The notes: a model not told the origin generated them from the sequence alone. A stretch of 64,000 nucleotides of DNA from Escherichia coli (GCF_046105845.1 NZ_CP151004.1), one strand, 5' to 3'. Numbered from the stretch's first letter, positions 46,234 to 58,010 are shown. Program-made: numbers and translations.

Positions 46234-46812
46234 TTACGCCTGATTATCCGGCTTTTTCTTCCCGCGTCGTTTCAGCCACCAGCGCACGCCTACCACCAGA
46301 ACCACGACCAGAATCAACCAGACCCAGTGTTTCAAATGCTGGTCGAGATTGTGCAACCACGGCGCAATCACCTGACCACCAGCGTAACCGATAGTTGTAA
46401 AAATCAACGCCCAGGCAAATGCGCCAAGGATATTCAGTGGCAGAAAGATTTTCGGCGGCAGCTGGCTGGCACCAATCAGCGTCGGGCCAATCACCCTAAA
46501 GCCATACATAAAACGCGTACCAATGACAAACAGATACGGATGGCGTTGGATAAGTTTCTGCGCCCGCTCAATTTTATCCTGATGTTTCGAGAAACGGCGT
46601 AATAGCTTGCCGCCAAAGCGCCGCCCGCACAGATAAAGCACCTGGTCGCCAATCATGCCGCCAAGCGCCACAGAAAGTACCACCAGCGGGAACTTTAATA
46701 GCCCCTGATGTGCCGCAACGCCTCCCAGCAAAGTCACGGTTTCACCTTCCGCCAGGCTACCGATCACCAGCGCGGCATAACCATATTGTGAGATGAGTGT
46801 ATTGAGATCCAT
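46234..46812 (-). CDS. yohD: DedA-family inner membrane protein
   Basis: 192 aa from ATG 46812 (MDLNTLISQYGYAALVIGSL…); the track ORF is 5'-extended by 12 codons. Confidence 0.85.
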   Translation of the reverse strand: MDLNTLISQYGYAALVIGSLAEGETVTLLGGVAAHQGLLKFPLVVLSVALGGMIGDQVLYLCGRRFGGKLLRRFSKHQDKIERAQKLIQRHPYLFVIGTRFMYGFRVIGPTLIGASQLPPKIFLPLNILGAFAWALIFTTIGYAGGQVIAPWLHNLDQHLKHWVWLILVVVLVVGVRWWLKRRGKKKPDNQA

Positions 46813-46981
46813 AGGCCAGTCTGTCTCCCTTTGGTTGCCTGTAAGCATACACCCTGTAAATCATTCACGCTGAAAAAGGACGTACATCAGACGGTGCAAA
46901 TTACATGAGCGAACAAAAAATAATCACAAGCTGACTTATACTTGAACTGTCAGGTTCATGAACTCACAACAAGGGGGCGGT

Positions 46982-47569
46982 ATGAGCCATGTCTGGGGAC
47001 TGTTTTCCCATCCCGATCGTGAAATGCAGGTGATTAATCGCGAAAACGAAACGATTTCTCATCACTACACCCACCACGTTTTGCTGATGGCGGCGATTCC
47101 GGTGATTTGCGCCTTCATTGGCACTACACAGATTGGCTGGAATTTTGGCGATGGCACTATCCTGAAGTTATCCTGGTTTACCGGACTGGCGCTGGCTGTC
47201 CTGTTTTATGGCGTTATGCTGGCTGGGGTTGCGGTGATGGGGCGGGTCATCTGGTGGATGGCGCGCAATTACCCACAGCGTCCGTCACTTGCGCACTGCA
47301 TGGTCTTCGCGGGCTACGTTGCAACTCCGCTGTTTTTAAGCGGTCTGGTGGCGCTTTATCCGCTGGTCTGGTTGTGTGCGCTGGTCGGCACGGTGGCGCT
47401 GTTTTACACCGGCTACCTGCTGTATCTCGGTATTCCGAGCTTCCTGAATATCAACAAAGAGGAAGGCCTTAGCTTCTCCAGTTCGACGCTGGCGATTGGC
47501 GTGCTGGTACTGGAAGTGCTGCTCGCCCTTACCGTTATACTATGGGGTTACGGTTATCGTTTGTTCTAG
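46982..47569 (+). CDS. yohC: Yip1-family inner membrane protein
   Basis: 195 aa from ATG 46982 (MSHVWGLFSHPDRE…), multi-TM. Confidence 0.85.
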   Translation: MSHVWGLFSHPDREMQVINRENETISHHYTHHVLLMAAIPVICAFIGTTQIGWNFGDGTILKLSWFTGLALAVLFYGVMLAGVAVMGRVIWWMARNYPQRPSLAHCMVFAGYVATPLFLSGLVALYPLVWLCALVGTVALFYTGYLLYLGIPSFLNINKEEGLSFSSSTLAIGVLVLEVLLALTVILWGYGYRLF

Positions 47570-47742
47570 AAAGTTCTTTTGTGTTGCATTGCTGGCGTAA
47601 ATGTCAGCAATGCAGCATTTCCTCACGATTCTCCTTTGACGATCGCACTTTTTGCTCGTTATGATGGCGTCGCTAGCCTCAGTAAATCCTTACTCCGGCG
47701 GTGCGCAACCCGTGCGCGTGAACCACTATCTGAATGCTCATC

Positions 47743-48675
47743 ATGCCGAAATTTCGAGTTTCTTTATTTAGCCTGGCCCTGATGCTGGCTGTGCCTTTTG
47801 CACCGCAGGCCGTTGCGAAAACGGCAACCGCTACCACCGCTTCACAACCGGAAATTGCCTCCGGTAGCGCGATGATTGTTGATCTGAATACCAACAAAGT
47901 GATCTATTCGAACCACCCGGATCTGGTGCGTCCGATTGCGTCTATCAGCAAATTAATGACCGCGATGGTTGTGCTGGATGCGCGACTGCCGCTGGATGAA
48001 AAACTAAAAGTGGATATCAGCCAGACGCCGGAGATGAAAGGGGTCTATTCGCGCGTACGACTGAATAGCGAAATCAGCCGTAAAGATATGCTGTTGTTGG
48101 CGCTGATGTCTTCAGAAAACCGCGCGGCGGCAAGCCTTGCGCACCATTATCCCGGTGGTTACAAAGCCTTTATTAAGGCGATGAATGCGAAAGCGAAATC
48201 GCTCGGAATGAACAACACGCGCTTTGTTGAACCGACCGGATTGTCGGTGCATAACGTTTCAACCGCCCGTGACTTAACCAAACTGCTCATTGCCAGCAAA
48301 CAATATCCGTTGATCGGGCAGTTAAGTACTACCCGGGAAGATATGGCAACCTTCTCTAACCCGACGTATACGCTGCCGTTCCGCAATACTAACCATCTGG
48401 TGTATCGCGATAACTGGAATATTCAGTTAACCAAAACCGGCTTTACCAATGCGGCGGGCCATTGTCTGGTGATGCGTACGGTTATCAATAATAAACCGGT
48501 GGCGCTGGTAGTGATGGACGCGTTTGGCAAATATACCCATTTTGCCGATGCCAGCCGCCTGCGTACCTGGATTGAAACCGGTAAAGTGATGCCTGTTCCG
48601 GCAGCAGCGTTGAGCTATAAAAAACAAAAAGCCGCCCAGATGGCGGCGGCGGGGCAGACGGCACAGAACGATTAA
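47743..48675 (+). CDS. pbpG: D-alanyl-D-alanine endopeptidase (PBP7)
   Basis: 310 aa from ATG 47743 with a signal peptide and active-site SxxK (…SISKLMT…). Confidence 0.9.
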   Translation: MPKFRVSLFSLALMLAVPFAPQAVAKTATATTASQPEIASGSAMIVDLNTNKVIYSNHPDLVRPIASISKLMTAMVVLDARLPLDEKLKVDISQTPEMKGVYSRVRLNSEISRKDMLLLALMSSENRAAASLAHHYPGGYKAFIKAMNAKAKSLGMNNTRFVEPTGLSVHNVSTARDLTKLLIASKQYPLIGQLSTTREDMATFSNPTYTLPFRNTNHLVYRDNWNIQLTKTGFTNAAGHCLVMRTVINNKPVALVVMDAFGKYTHFADASRLRTWIETGKVMPVPAAALSYKKQKAAQMAAAGQTAQND

Positions 48676-48713
48676 ATGAATGACGGATGGCGATACTCTG
48701 CCATCCGTAATTT

Positions 48714-50429
48714 TTACTCCACTTCCTGCCAGTTTTTCCGCTTACTGGTTTTACCGATCCCCGGATTCATGCTGTTGGTCGGATCGTTCTCGCGATAAAA
48801 CTTCTGCAACGTCTCCGGTGCTTTATACAAATGACCGACGTTATGCTCGGCAGGGTACTGCGCGCCGCGCTGCTGTAGCAGTTCCAGCATCTGTTCTTTC
48901 AACGCATGCACATCCACGCCTTTTTTAACGATGTAATCCTGATGGAAGACATAGCACATAAAATGGCCGTAATAGAGCTTGTGCACCAGCTGGCTGTCGA
49001 TCTCCGGCGGTAAATGCTCATACCACTCGGTGTCGTTACGCCGCAGAGCGATATCCAGTGCCAGAATGTCTTCGACTTCATCGGAATGCACCGCCTGATA
49101 ACGAATTGCTGCGCCCGCAGCGGCGAAACGGTGTAAAAACGCTTTGCTACCTTCCTCCGGCGTACAGACAAAGAAATCGCCTTCGGCCTGTTTGAAATAA
49201 TCCACCAGCCACGATTTGGCTTCACCGACGCCATCGCCCGCCATTTTTAACAGCAGATGATGTTCGTATTTATCGCGCCAGTTTTTCATGCGCGGCGGTA
49301 AATGGCTGGGGAACAGGTGACCGAATTTTTGCATCGCACGGTCGGTAAAATGCGGACGGAAGAATTTCACTTTCTCCAGCATCGCATCGGTGCGCCCCTT
49401 GAGATTAAAGAAGAACGGCATCTTGTCGGTGCCTAACTTATCAATCATCAGGAAGGTGTCTTTGCCGTATTTTTCCGCAATATCGTAGATATCCCGGTGC
49501 ATATATTCCCCGGCAACCGGCAGATTTTCGAAATTAGCCAGAATATGACGGCGGATTTCGGTCAGTACTTCCGGCTGGTTGGTGCCGATATAAAACACCT
49601 GCTGATTTTTTTCCGCTTCGAAGGTATCAAGACGTACCGCAAAGACGGCCAGCTTCCCGGCGCAACCAGAAGATTCAAATAACCGATCCGGATCGGCGTT
49701 ATAACGTGCAGGCGTGTCGGCTTCAATATCACGAACGCGGTGGACATAGTCATAATCGTGGGCGTGACGACCATCGTGACGCACATCGTCATCTTTGATG
49801 CGATCGTCATCCAGCTTGCTAAGGATCTGCTCCGGCGTTTCGCCCAGATCAATCCCGAGATGGTTAACCAGCGTCAGCTTGCCATCTTCATTTATACGCG
49901 CGAATAACGACATTTCGGTATACGCCGGGCCACGTTGCACCAACGAGCCGCCGGAGTTGTTACAAATACCGCCGATGACCGATGCGCCTATACACGATGA
50001 TCCAATCACTGAGTGCGGTTCGCGTCCCAGCGGTTTGAGGGCTTTTTCCAGCGAATAAAGCGTGGTGCCCGGATAGGCCAGCACCTGTTCGCCCTTGCCA
50101 AGAACGTGCAGCTTGTCGAGACGCAGGGTGCTGATGATCACGATATCGCGATCATAGTCGTTACCGTTTGGCGTCGAGCCTTCGGTCAGACCTGTATTGG
50201 CAGCCTGCATCAGAATAATTTTGTCGGCGGTGACGCAGGCTTTCAGCACCCGCCACAATTCCAGTAGTGAGCTAGGGAAAACGACAGCCAGCGCGTCGCC
50301 CTGACCAGAACGGAAGCCCTTGCGATAGCGGGCCGTTTTTGCGGGATCGGTGAGCAGGTGTGAATGACCGACCAGACGGGCAAGTTCATTCAAAAAGGCT
50401 TTATTATCAATTGTTGTCATGGAAGACAT
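48714..50429 (-). CDS. dld: FAD-dependent D-lactate dehydrogenase
   Basis: 571 aa from ATG 50429 (MSSMTTIDNKAFLNEL…), FAD-binding PCMH-type domain. Confidence 0.92.
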   Translation of the reverse strand: MSSMTTIDNKAFLNELARLVGHSHLLTDPAKTARYRKGFRSGQGDALAVVFPSSLLELWRVLKACVTADKIILMQAANTGLTEGSTPNGNDYDRDIVIISTLRLDKLHVLGKGEQVLAYPGTTLYSLEKALKPLGREPHSVIGSSCIGASVIGGICNNSGGSLVQRGPAYTEMSLFARINEDGKLTLVNHLGIDLGETPEQILSKLDDDRIKDDDVRHDGRHAHDYDYVHRVRDIEADTPARYNADPDRLFESSGCAGKLAVFAVRLDTFEAEKNQQVFYIGTNQPEVLTEIRRHILANFENLPVAGEYMHRDIYDIAEKYGKDTFLMIDKLGTDKMPFFFNLKGRTDAMLEKVKFFRPHFTDRAMQKFGHLFPSHLPPRMKNWRDKYEHHLLLKMAGDGVGEAKSWLVDYFKQAEGDFFVCTPEEGSKAFLHRFAAAGAAIRYQAVHSDEVEDILALDIALRRNDTEWYEHLPPEIDSQLVHKLYYGHFMCYVFHQDYIVKKGVDVHALKEQMLELLQQRGAQYPAEHNVGHLYKAPETLQKFYRENDPTNSMNPGIGKTSKRKNWQEVE

Positions 50430-50624
50430 TTTCCACTCCTTGTGGTGGCGAAAAAATATCACAACCTAGAATAGCGCCTTGTATGACAATTCAGCGAGTG
50501 AATATTTTGAAAATTCAGACAATAAACTGAGCATTCTTTTTCTCTCTCCATCATGCTTATGGCAAACTACGGTTTTTGCACCATTTTCGCTGCCACGTCG
50601 GGCAACAAAGGAAGAAAAATCCAT

Positions 50625-52922
50625 ATGAAATGGCTATGTTCAGTAGGAATCGCGGTGAGTCTGGCCCTGCAGCCAGCACTGGCGGATGATTTATTCGGTA
50701 ACCATCCATTAACGCCTGAAGCGCGGGATGCGTTCGTCACCGAACTGCTTAAGAAAATGACAGTTGATGAGAAAATTGGTCAGCTGCGCTTAATCAGCGT
50801 CGGCCCCGATAACCCGAAAGAGGCGATCCGCGAGATGATCAAAGACGGTCAGGTTGGGGCGATTTTCAACACCGTAACCCGTCAGGATATCCGCGCCATG
50901 CAGGATCAGGTGATGGAATTAAGCCGCCTGAAAATTCCTCTTTTCTTTGCTTACGACGTGCTGCACGGTCAGCGCACGGTGTTCCCGATTAGCCTCGGTC
51001 TGGCCTCGTCTTTTAACCTCGATGCGGTGAAAACGGTCGGACGTGTCTCTGCTTATGAAGCGGCAGATGATGGCCTGAATATGACCTGGGCACCAATGGT
51101 CGATGTTTCGCGCGATCCGCGCTGGGGACGTGCTTCCGAAGGTTTTGGCGAAGATACGTATCTCACCTCAATAATGGGTAAAACCATGGTGGAAGCGATG
51201 CAGGGTAAAAGTCCGGCAGATCGCTACTCGGTGATGACCAGCGTCAAACACTTTGCCGCTTACGGCGCGGTAGAAGGCGGTAAAGAGTACAACACCGTCG
51301 ATATGAGTCCGCAGCGCCTGTTTAATGATTATATGCCGCCGTACAAAGCGGGGCTGGACGCAGGCAGCGGCGCAGTGATGGTGGCGCTGAACTCGCTGAA
51401 CGGTACGCCAGCCACCTCCGACTCCTGGCTGCTGAAAGATGTTCTGCGCGACCAGTGGGGCTTTAAAGGCATCACCGTTTCCGATCACGGCGCAATCAAA
51501 GAGCTGATTAAACACGGCACGGCGGCAGATCCGGAAGATGCGGTGCGCGTGGCGCTTAAGTCCGGGATCAACATGAGCATGAGCGACGAGTATTACTCGA
51601 AGTATCTGCCTGGGTTGATCAAATCCGGCAAAGTGACCATGGCAGAGCTGGACGATGCTGCCCGCCATGTACTGAACGTTAAATATGATATGGGGTTGTT
51701 TAACGACCCATACAGCCATCTCGGTCCGAAAGAGTCTGACCCGGTGGATACCAATGCCGAAAGCCGCCTGCACCGCAAAGAAGCGCGTGAAGTGGCACGC
51801 GAAAGCCTGGTGTTGCTGAAAAACCGTCTCGAAACGTTACCGCTGAAAAAATCAGCCACCATTGCGGTGGTTGGGCCACTGGCGGACAGCAAACGTGACG
51901 TGATGGGCAGCTGGTCCGCAGCCGGTGTTGCCGATCAATCCGTGACCGTACTGACCGGGATTAAAAATGCCGTCGGTGAAAACGGTAAAGTGCTGTACGC
52001 CAAAGGGGCGAACGTCACCAGTGACAAAGGCATTATCGATTTCCTGAATCAGTATGAAGAGGCGGTCAAAGTCGATCCGCGTTCGCCGCAAGAGATGATT
52101 GATGAAGCGGTGCAAACCGCGAAACAATCTGATGTGGTGGTGGCTGTGGTCGGTGAAGCTCAGGGGATGGCGCACGAGGCCTCCAGCCGTACCGATATTA
52201 CTATTCCGCAAAGCCAACGTGACTTGATTGCGGCGTTGAAAGCCACTGGTAAACCGCTGGTGCTGGTGCTGATGAATGGGCGTCCGCTGGCGCTGGTGAA
52301 AGAAGATCAGCAGGCTGATGCGATTCTGGAAACCTGGTTTGCGGGTACGGAAGGGGGTAATGCGATTGCCGATGTATTGTTTGGCGATTACAACCCGTCC
52401 GGTAAGCTACCGATGTCCTTCCCGCGTTCTGTCGGGCAGATCCCGGTGTACTACAGCCATCTGAATACCGGGCGTCCGTATAATGCCGACAAGCCGAACA
52501 AATATACATCGCGTTATTTTGATGAAGCTAACGGGGCGCTGTATCCGTTCGGCTATGGTCTGAGCTATACCACCTTCACCGTCTCTGATGTGAAACTTTC
52601 CGCGCCGACCATGAAGCGTGACGGCAAAGTGACCGCCAGTGTGCAGGTGACGAACACCGGTAAGCGCGAAGGGGCGGCGGTAGTGCAGATGTACTTGCAG
52701 GATGTGACGGCTTCCATGAGTCGTCCGGTGAAGCAGCTGAAAGGCTTTGAGAAAATCACCCTGAAATCGGGCGAAACTCAGACCATCAGCTTCCCGATTG
52801 ATATCGAGGCGCTGAAGTTCTGGAATCAACAGATGAAATATGACGCCGAGCCTGGCAAGTTCAACGTCTTTATCGGCACTGATTCCGCACGCGTTAAGAA
52901 AGGCGAGTTTGAGTTGCTGTAA
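50625..52922 (+). CDS. bglX: Periplasmic beta-glucosidase (GH3)
   Basis: 765 aa from ATG 50625 (MKWLCSVGIAVSLALQPALA signal peptide), glycoside hydrolase family 3. Confidence 0.92.
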   Translation: MKWLCSVGIAVSLALQPALADDLFGNHPLTPEARDAFVTELLKKMTVDEKIGQLRLISVGPDNPKEAIREMIKDGQVGAIFNTVTRQDIRAMQDQVMELSRLKIPLFFAYDVLHGQRTVFPISLGLASSFNLDAVKTVGRVSAYEAADDGLNMTWAPMVDVSRDPRWGRASEGFGEDTYLTSIMGKTMVEAMQGKSPADRYSVMTSVKHFAAYGAVEGGKEYNTVDMSPQRLFNDYMPPYKAGLDAGSGAVMVALNSLNGTPATSDSWLLKDVLRDQWGFKGITVSDHGAIKELIKHGTAADPEDAVRVALKSGINMSMSDEYYSKYLPGLIKSGKVTMAELDDAARHVLNVKYDMGLFNDPYSHLGPKESDPVDTNAESRLHRKEAREVARESLVLLKNRLETLPLKKSATIAVVGPLADSKRDVMGSWSAAGVADQSVTVLTGIKNAVGENGKVLYAKGANVTSDKGIIDFLNQYEEAVKVDPRSPQEMIDEAVQTAKQSDVVVAVVGEAQGMAHEASSRTDITIPQSQRDLIAALKATGKPLVLVLMNGRPLALVKEDQQADAILETWFAGTEGGNAIADVLFGDYNPSGKLPMSFPRSVGQIPVYYSHLNTGRPYNADKPNKYTSRYFDEANGALYPFGYGLSYTTFTVSDVKLSAPTMKRDGKVTASVQVTNTGKREGAAVVQMYLQDVTASMSRPVKQLKGFEKITLKSGETQTISFPIDIEALKFWNQQMKYDAEPGKFNVFIGTDSARVKKGEFELL

Positions 52923-52997
52923 TGCTTTAGTAAGGGCGCGACGTCTGCGCCCTTTGCCTGATGTTCATATCTTAACTTGCTGAATTTTCGCCCTTTG

Positions 52998-53032
52998 TAG
53001 GCCGGATAAGGCGCTCGCGCCGCATCCGGCAG
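52998..53032. repeat. REP element between bglX and osmF
   Basis: gtaggccggataaggcgctcgcgccgcatccggca, a canonical REP. Confidence 0.75.
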
Positions 53033-53173
53033 GAAACGCCGGACCGAATATGCCTCTTAAGTATTTATCTGATTCTGCAACTGAATCCGTCCGCTCAGGC
53101 TAACCCCACCATTATCAACTATGCTTTTCTCTTAATTCGCTGAAAACAACAGTAAAAGAATGAGGAAAGCATC

Positions 53174-54091
53174 ATGCCACTCTCAAAGGTCTGGGCCGGT
53201 TCACTGGTTATGTTGGCGGCCGTGAGCCTGCCGCTACAGGCAGCTTCTCCCGTTAAAGTCGGTTCAAAAATCGATACTGAAGGCGCGCTGCTCGGCAACA
53301 TTATTTTGCAAGTGCTGGAAAACCACGGCGTACCAACGGTCAATAAAGTGCAACTTGGAACGACTCCTGTGGTGCGCGGGGCGATCACTTCCGGTGAACT
53401 GGATATCTATCCGGAATATACCGGCAATGGCGCGTTTTTCTTTAAAGATGAAAACGATGCGGCGTGGAAAAATGCCGGGCAAGGCTACGAGAAAGTCAAA
53501 AAGCTCGATGCAGAGCAAAACAAGTTAATCTGGCTGACGCCTGCGCCTGCAAATAACACCTGGACCATCGCCGTGCGTCAGGATGTGGCAGAGAAAAACA
53601 AACTCACTTCGCTTGCTGACCTGAGTCGTTATCTGAAAGACGGTGGCACCTTCAAACTGGCGGCCTCAGCAGAGTTTATCGAACGCGCCGATGCGTTACC
53701 TGCGTTTGAAAAAGCCTATGGCTTTAAGCTCGGTCAGGATCAGTTGCTGTCACTGGCTGGTGGCGACACGGCGGTGACGATCAAAGCCGCTGCCCAGCAA
53801 ACCTCTGGCGTTAATGCCGCAATGGCTTACGGCACTGACGGCCCGGTCGCGGCGCTGGGGCTGCAAACCTTAAGCGATCCGCAAGGCGTGCAACCTATCT
53901 ACGCGCCTGCACCAGTGGTGCGTGAGTCGGTGTTGAAAGAGTATCCACAAATGGCACAGTGGCTACAGCCAGTCTTCGCCAGCCTCGATGAAAAAACATT
54001 GCAGCAACTGAATGCCAGCATTGCTGTGGAAGGACTGGATGCCAAAAAAGTGGCTGCCGACTACCTGAAACAAAAAGGGTGGACGAAGTAA
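53174..54091 (+). CDS. osmF: Glycine betaine ABC transporter periplasmic binding protein
   Basis: 305-aa ORF with a signal peptide (…AAVSLPLQAASPV…), first gene of a four-gene ABC cluster. Confidence 0.9.
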   Translation: MPLSKVWAGSLVMLAAVSLPLQAASPVKVGSKIDTEGALLGNIILQVLENHGVPTVNKVQLGTTPVVRGAITSGELDIYPEYTGNGAFFFKDENDAAWKNAGQGYEKVKKLDAEQNKLIWLTPAPANNTWTIAVRQDVAEKNKLTSLADLSRYLKDGGTFKLAASAEFIERADALPAFEKAYGFKLGQDQLLSLAGGDTAVTIKAAAQQTSGVNAAMAYGTDGPVAALGLQTLSDPQGVQPIYAPAPVVRESVLKEYPQMAQWLQPVFASLDEKTLQQLNASIAVEGLDAKKVAADYLKQKGWTK

Positions 54092-54097
54092 TTTCCC

Positions 54098-55255
54098 GTG
54101 ACTTATCTACGTATTAATCCTGTTCTGGCGCTGCTGCTGTTGCTGACGGCAATCGCAGCGGCGCTGCCGTTTATCAGTTACGCGTCTAATCGTTTAGTTT
54201 CGGGTGAGGGGCGTCATCTCTGGCAGCTGTGGCCGCAAACGATCTGGATGCTGGTGGGCGTTGGTTGCGCCTGGCTGACCGCCTGTGTTATTCCCGGTAA
54301 AAAAGGCAGCATTTGTGCACTCATTCTGGCGCAATTCGTCTTCGTATTGCTGGTGTGGGGAGCTGGAAAGGCGGCGACACAACTGGCGCAAAATGGCAGT
54401 GCGCTGGCGCGTACCAGCCTCGGCAGTGGTTTCTGGCTGGCTGCGGCGCTGGCATTGCTGGCCTGTAGCGATGCCATCCGCCGAATCTCCACGCATCCGC
54501 TGTGGCGCTGGTTGTTGCATATGCAGATTGCCATCATTCCGCTGTGGTTGCTGTATTCCGGCGCGCTTAACGATCTCTCGCTAATGAAAGAATACGCCAA
54601 CCGTCAGGATGTGTTTGATGACGCGCTGGCGCAACATCTGACGTTGCTGTTTGGTGCGGTGCTGCCTGCGTTAGTGATTGGTGTGCCGCTGGGCGTCTGG
54701 TGCTACTTTTCCACTGCGCGGCAGGGGGCGATTTTTTCTCTGCTGAATGTCATTCAGACCGTGCCTTCGGTGGCGCTCTTTGGCCTGTTGATTGCGCCGC
54801 TTGCCGCGCTGGTTACGGCCTTTCCGTGGCTGGGTAAGCTCGGCATAGCAGGAACCGGAATGACACCCGCACTGATTGCGCTGGTGCTCTATGCCTTGCT
54901 GCCGCTGGTGCGCGGCGTGGTAGTCGGCTTGAACCAGATCCCGCGCGATGTGCTGGAGAGCGCCAGAGCGATGGGCATGAGCGGGGCGCAGCGATTCCTG
55001 CATGTTCAGTTACCGCTGGCGTTACCGGTATTTCTGCGCAGCCTGCGGGTGGTGATGGTGCAAACCGTCGGCATGGCGGTGATTGCGGCGTTAATCGGCG
55101 CAGGCGGTTTTGGGGCGCTGGTTTTCCAGGGGCTGCTAAGCAGTGCCATTGATTTAGTGTTGCTGGGGGTGATCCCGGTAATTGTTCTGGCGGTGCTGAT
55201 CGATGCGCTGTTCGATTTGCTTATCGCACTGCTGAAGGTGAAACGTAATGATTGA
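54098..55255 (+). CDS. yehY: Glycine betaine ABC transporter permease
   Basis: 385-aa polytopic permease with a BPD-transporter domain. Confidence 0.9.
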   Translation: MTYLRINPVLALLLLLTAIAAALPFISYASNRLVSGEGRHLWQLWPQTIWMLVGVGCAWLTACVIPGKKGSICALILAQFVFVLLVWGAGKAATQLAQNGSALARTSLGSGFWLAAALALLACSDAIRRISTHPLWRWLLHMQIAIIPLWLLYSGALNDLSLMKEYANRQDVFDDALAQHLTLLFGAVLPALVIGVPLGVWCYFSTARQGAIFSLLNVIQTVPSVALFGLLIAPLAALVTAFPWLGKLGIAGTGMTPALIALVLYALLPLVRGVVVGLNQIPRDVLESARAMGMSGAQRFLHVQLPLALPVFLRSLRVVMVQTVGMAVIAALIGAGGFGALVFQGLLSSAIDLVLLGVIPVIVLAVLIDALFDLLIALLKVKRND

Positions 55256-56174
55256 ATTTAGCCATGTCAGCAAACTGTTCGGCGCACAAAAAGCCGTTAA
55301 CGATCTCAATCTCAATTTTCAGGAAGGGAGTTTTTCGGTGCTGATTGGCACATCTGGTTCCGGCAAATCCACCACCCTGAAAATGATTAACCGCCTGGTG
55401 GAGCATGACAGCGGCGTGATCCGCTTTGCCGGAGAAGAAATTCGCTCGCTGCCAGTACTGGAGTTGCGCCGCCGGATGGGCTACGCCATTCAATCTATTG
55501 GCCTGTTCCCCCACTGGAGCGTGGCGCAAAACATCGCTACCGTGCCGCAATTACAAAAATGGTCGCGGGCGCGGATTGACGATCGTATCGACGAATTAAT
55601 GGCGCTACTGGGGCTGGAGCCAAATTTGCGTGAGCGTTATCCGCATCAGCTTTCTGGCGGTCAGCAGCAACGTGTGGGAGTGGCGCGCGCACTGGCTGCC
55701 GATCCGCAAGTCTTACTGATGGATGAACCTTTTGGCGCACTGGACCCGGTAACGCGCGGCGCGTTGCAACAAGAGATGACGCGCATTCACCGTTTGCTGG
55801 GGCGCACTATTGTGCTGGTCACTCATGATATTGATGAGGCGCTACGGCTGGCAGAACATCTGGTGTTGATGGATCACGGTGAAGTGGTGCAGCAGGGCAA
55901 TCCGCTGACGATGCTGACTCGTCCGGCGAATGATTTTGTCCGCCAGTTTTTTGGGCATAGTGAACTGGGTGTCCGCCTGCTTTCGTTACGTAGCGTGGCG
56001 GATTACGTGCGTCGCGAAGAACGGGCAGAAGGTGAGGCGCTGGCAGAAGAGATGACGCTACGCGATGCGCTCTCCCTGTTTGTCGCGCGGGGATGTGAAG
56101 TGCTGCCGGTGGTGAACACGCAGGGCCAGCCTTGCGGCACGCTGCATTTTCAGGATCTGCTGGTGGAGGCGTAA
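55248..56174 (+). CDS. yehX: Glycine betaine ABC transporter ATPase
   Basis: 308-aa ORF with Walker [10 protein letters not shown], signature LSGGQQQRV and a C-terminal CBS-like tail; overlaps yehY by 8 bp. Confidence 0.9.
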   Translation: MIEFSHVSKLFGAQKAVNDLNLNFQEGSFSVLIGTSGSGKSTTLKMINRLVEHDSGVIRFAGEEIRSLPVLELRRRMGYAIQSIGLFPHWSVAQNIATVPQLQKWSRARIDDRIDELMALLGLEPNLRERYPHQLSGGQQQRVGVARALAADPQVLLMDEPFGALDPVTRGALQQEMTRIHRLLGRTIVLVTHDIDEALRLAEHLVLMDHGEVVQQGNPLTMLTRPANDFVRQFFGHSELGVRLLSLRSVADYVRREERAEGEALAEEMTLRDALSLFVARGCEVLPVVNTQGQPCGTLHFQDLLVEA

Positions 56175-56178
56175 GCGT

Positions 56179-56910
56179 ATGAAGATGTTGCGCGATCCGC
56201 TGTTTTGGCTCATTGCTTTGTTTGTGGCACTGCTTTTCTGGCTGCCTTACAGCCAGCCGCTGTTTGCTGCTTTGTTCCCACAACTGCCACGACCCGTTTA
56301 TCAGCAGGAAAGCTTTGCAGCTCTGGCACTGGCTCATTTCTGGCTGGTGGGAATTTCGAGTTTGTTTGCGGTGATCATTGGTACTGGTGCCGGAATTATT
56401 GTTACTCGCCCGTGGGGCGCGGAATTTCGCCCACTGGTGGAAACTATTGCCGCCGTTGGGCAGACTTTTCCGCCCGTTGCGGTGCTGGCGATTGCCGTTC
56501 CGGTGATTGGGTTTGGTCTGCAACCCGCGATTATCGCCTTGATCCTTTACGGTGTGCTGCCCGTCCTGCAGGCGACACTTGCCGGGCTGGGAGCGATTGA
56601 TGCCAGCGTGACAGAAGTTGCGAAAGGTATGGGAATGAGCCGTGGTCAGCGACTGCGTAAGGTCGAGCTACCGCTGGCGGCTCCGGTGATTCTGGCGGGC
56701 GTGCGAACTTCGGTGATTATCAACATTGGTACGGCGACGATCGCCTCAACGGTAGGGGCCAGCACGCTGGGTACGCCGATCATCATCGGGCTTAGCGGAT
56801 TTAATACCGCGTATGTGATCCAGGGGGCGTTACTGGTGGCACTGGCGGCGATCATTGCAGACCGCCTGTTTGAAAGGCTGGTGCAGGCGCTTAGCCAGCA
56901 CGCAAAATAA
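56179..56910 (+). CDS. yehW: Glycine betaine ABC transporter permease
   Basis: 243-aa permease; its stop overlaps the 3' end of the convergent yohO. Confidence 0.9.
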
Positions 56911-56998
56911 AGGTATAACCTGCGAGCATGACGCCACCAATTCCGCCTAACGCCATAAACAGGAACAGGGCGATGACCCCAATTTTAGCTATGCGCAT
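56891..56998 (-). CDS. yohO: 35-aa single-TM small membrane protein
   Basis: Below the track threshold; manual reverse-strand translation from ATG 56998 gives [35 protein letters not shown]. Confidence 0.7.
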
Positions 56999-57057
56999 AA
57001 TGCACTCCTTATGTTAACGAAAGGATTGTACAGTAAAGCGCATTTGTTAACGAATCA

Positions 57058-57789
57058 TTAAATGCCGAGTGGGAAAATATCATGGCCTTGTTCCTGCCAA
57101 CTGGTGAGTTGCTGCTGTTGGGCGGAGGTTCGATTTTCACCGCACCACACCAGCAATGTACGGCCTTCGAACAGTTCAGGGCGTAGTTGATTGAGCGAGT
57201 GGGCGAGGACATCAATGCGCCATCCTTGTTGACTGGCAATCCAGCCCTCCAGCCACAGACGGGTGGTATCATGAATATTCCAGCCAACCACCAACGCATC
57301 TTTACCCTGTTTTTTACGTGCCGAAGCCAGGCAAATGGCGATGTAGTTGATCAGTACGCCGTCGAGGATCGCCAGCAGCGCCTGGAGAGTCGGTTGTTGG
57401 CACTGAAGTCGTCGGCGCAGAGGAATAAACAGATGTGTGGTGAGCGTCTGGGCGGGGTAATCCTGACCGCGCTCTTTGATCCACGTTCGCAGGCTATGCA
57501 GATTGCCGCTTTGCAGGTAAGTCAGTAATGTTTCTTGCTGATCGCGCCAGCCGTTCTGCACATCAACATTTTCATTACTGAGCAGCATTTTAACTTTGCT
57601 GACCTGCACGCCGTTGTCGATCCAGCGTTTGATCTCGCGGATCCGGTCAATATCGGCATCATTGAACAGCCGATGACCGCCGTCTGTCCGTTGCGGTTTC
57701 AGCAATCCGTAACGCCTCTGCCACGCGCGTAACGTGACAGGGTTAATATCACAAAGCAACGCCACTTCACCAATTGTGTAAAGCGCCAT
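57058..57789 (-). CDS. mlrA: MerR-family transcriptional regulator (curli/csgD activator type)
   Basis: 243-aa ORF with N-terminal MerR HTH (MALYTIGEVALLCDINPVTLRAWQRRYGLLKPQRTDGGHRLF…). Confidence 0.9.
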   Translation of the reverse strand: MALYTIGEVALLCDINPVTLRAWQRRYGLLKPQRTDGGHRLFNDADIDRIREIKRWIDNGVQVSKVKMLLSNENVDVQNGWRDQQETLLTYLQSGNLHSLRTWIKERGQDYPAQTLTTHLFIPLRRRLQCQQPTLQALLAILDGVLINYIAICLASARKKQGKDALVVGWNIHDTTRLWLEGWIASQQGWRIDVLAHSLNQLRPELFEGRTLLVWCGENRTSAQQQQLTSWQEQGHDIFPLGI

Positions 57790-58010
57790 CGTCTCACCCT
57801 TGCTCGCGAGGTCCCGGTTTAACTTTAGACGCAGTTTTGCGAACCAGGTAGTTTTGCCCGTTTTTTGTGCATCTATAGGGTGATTTTATTTTTGCCAGGC
57901 GATTTTGAGTGATCGTACTCACGAATTCTCATTTTTCTGCAAGAGTTCAAAGAAAGTTAAACGCAGGCAATGTATGTTACGCGTTTTAAAGGGAAGTGTG
58001 GTTTGCGGGT

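Noticed and set aside
51168-51773. 201-aa reverse-strand ORF inside bglX
   Set aside because: Antisense to the GH3 beta-glucosidase gene; no signal beyond chance ORF length.
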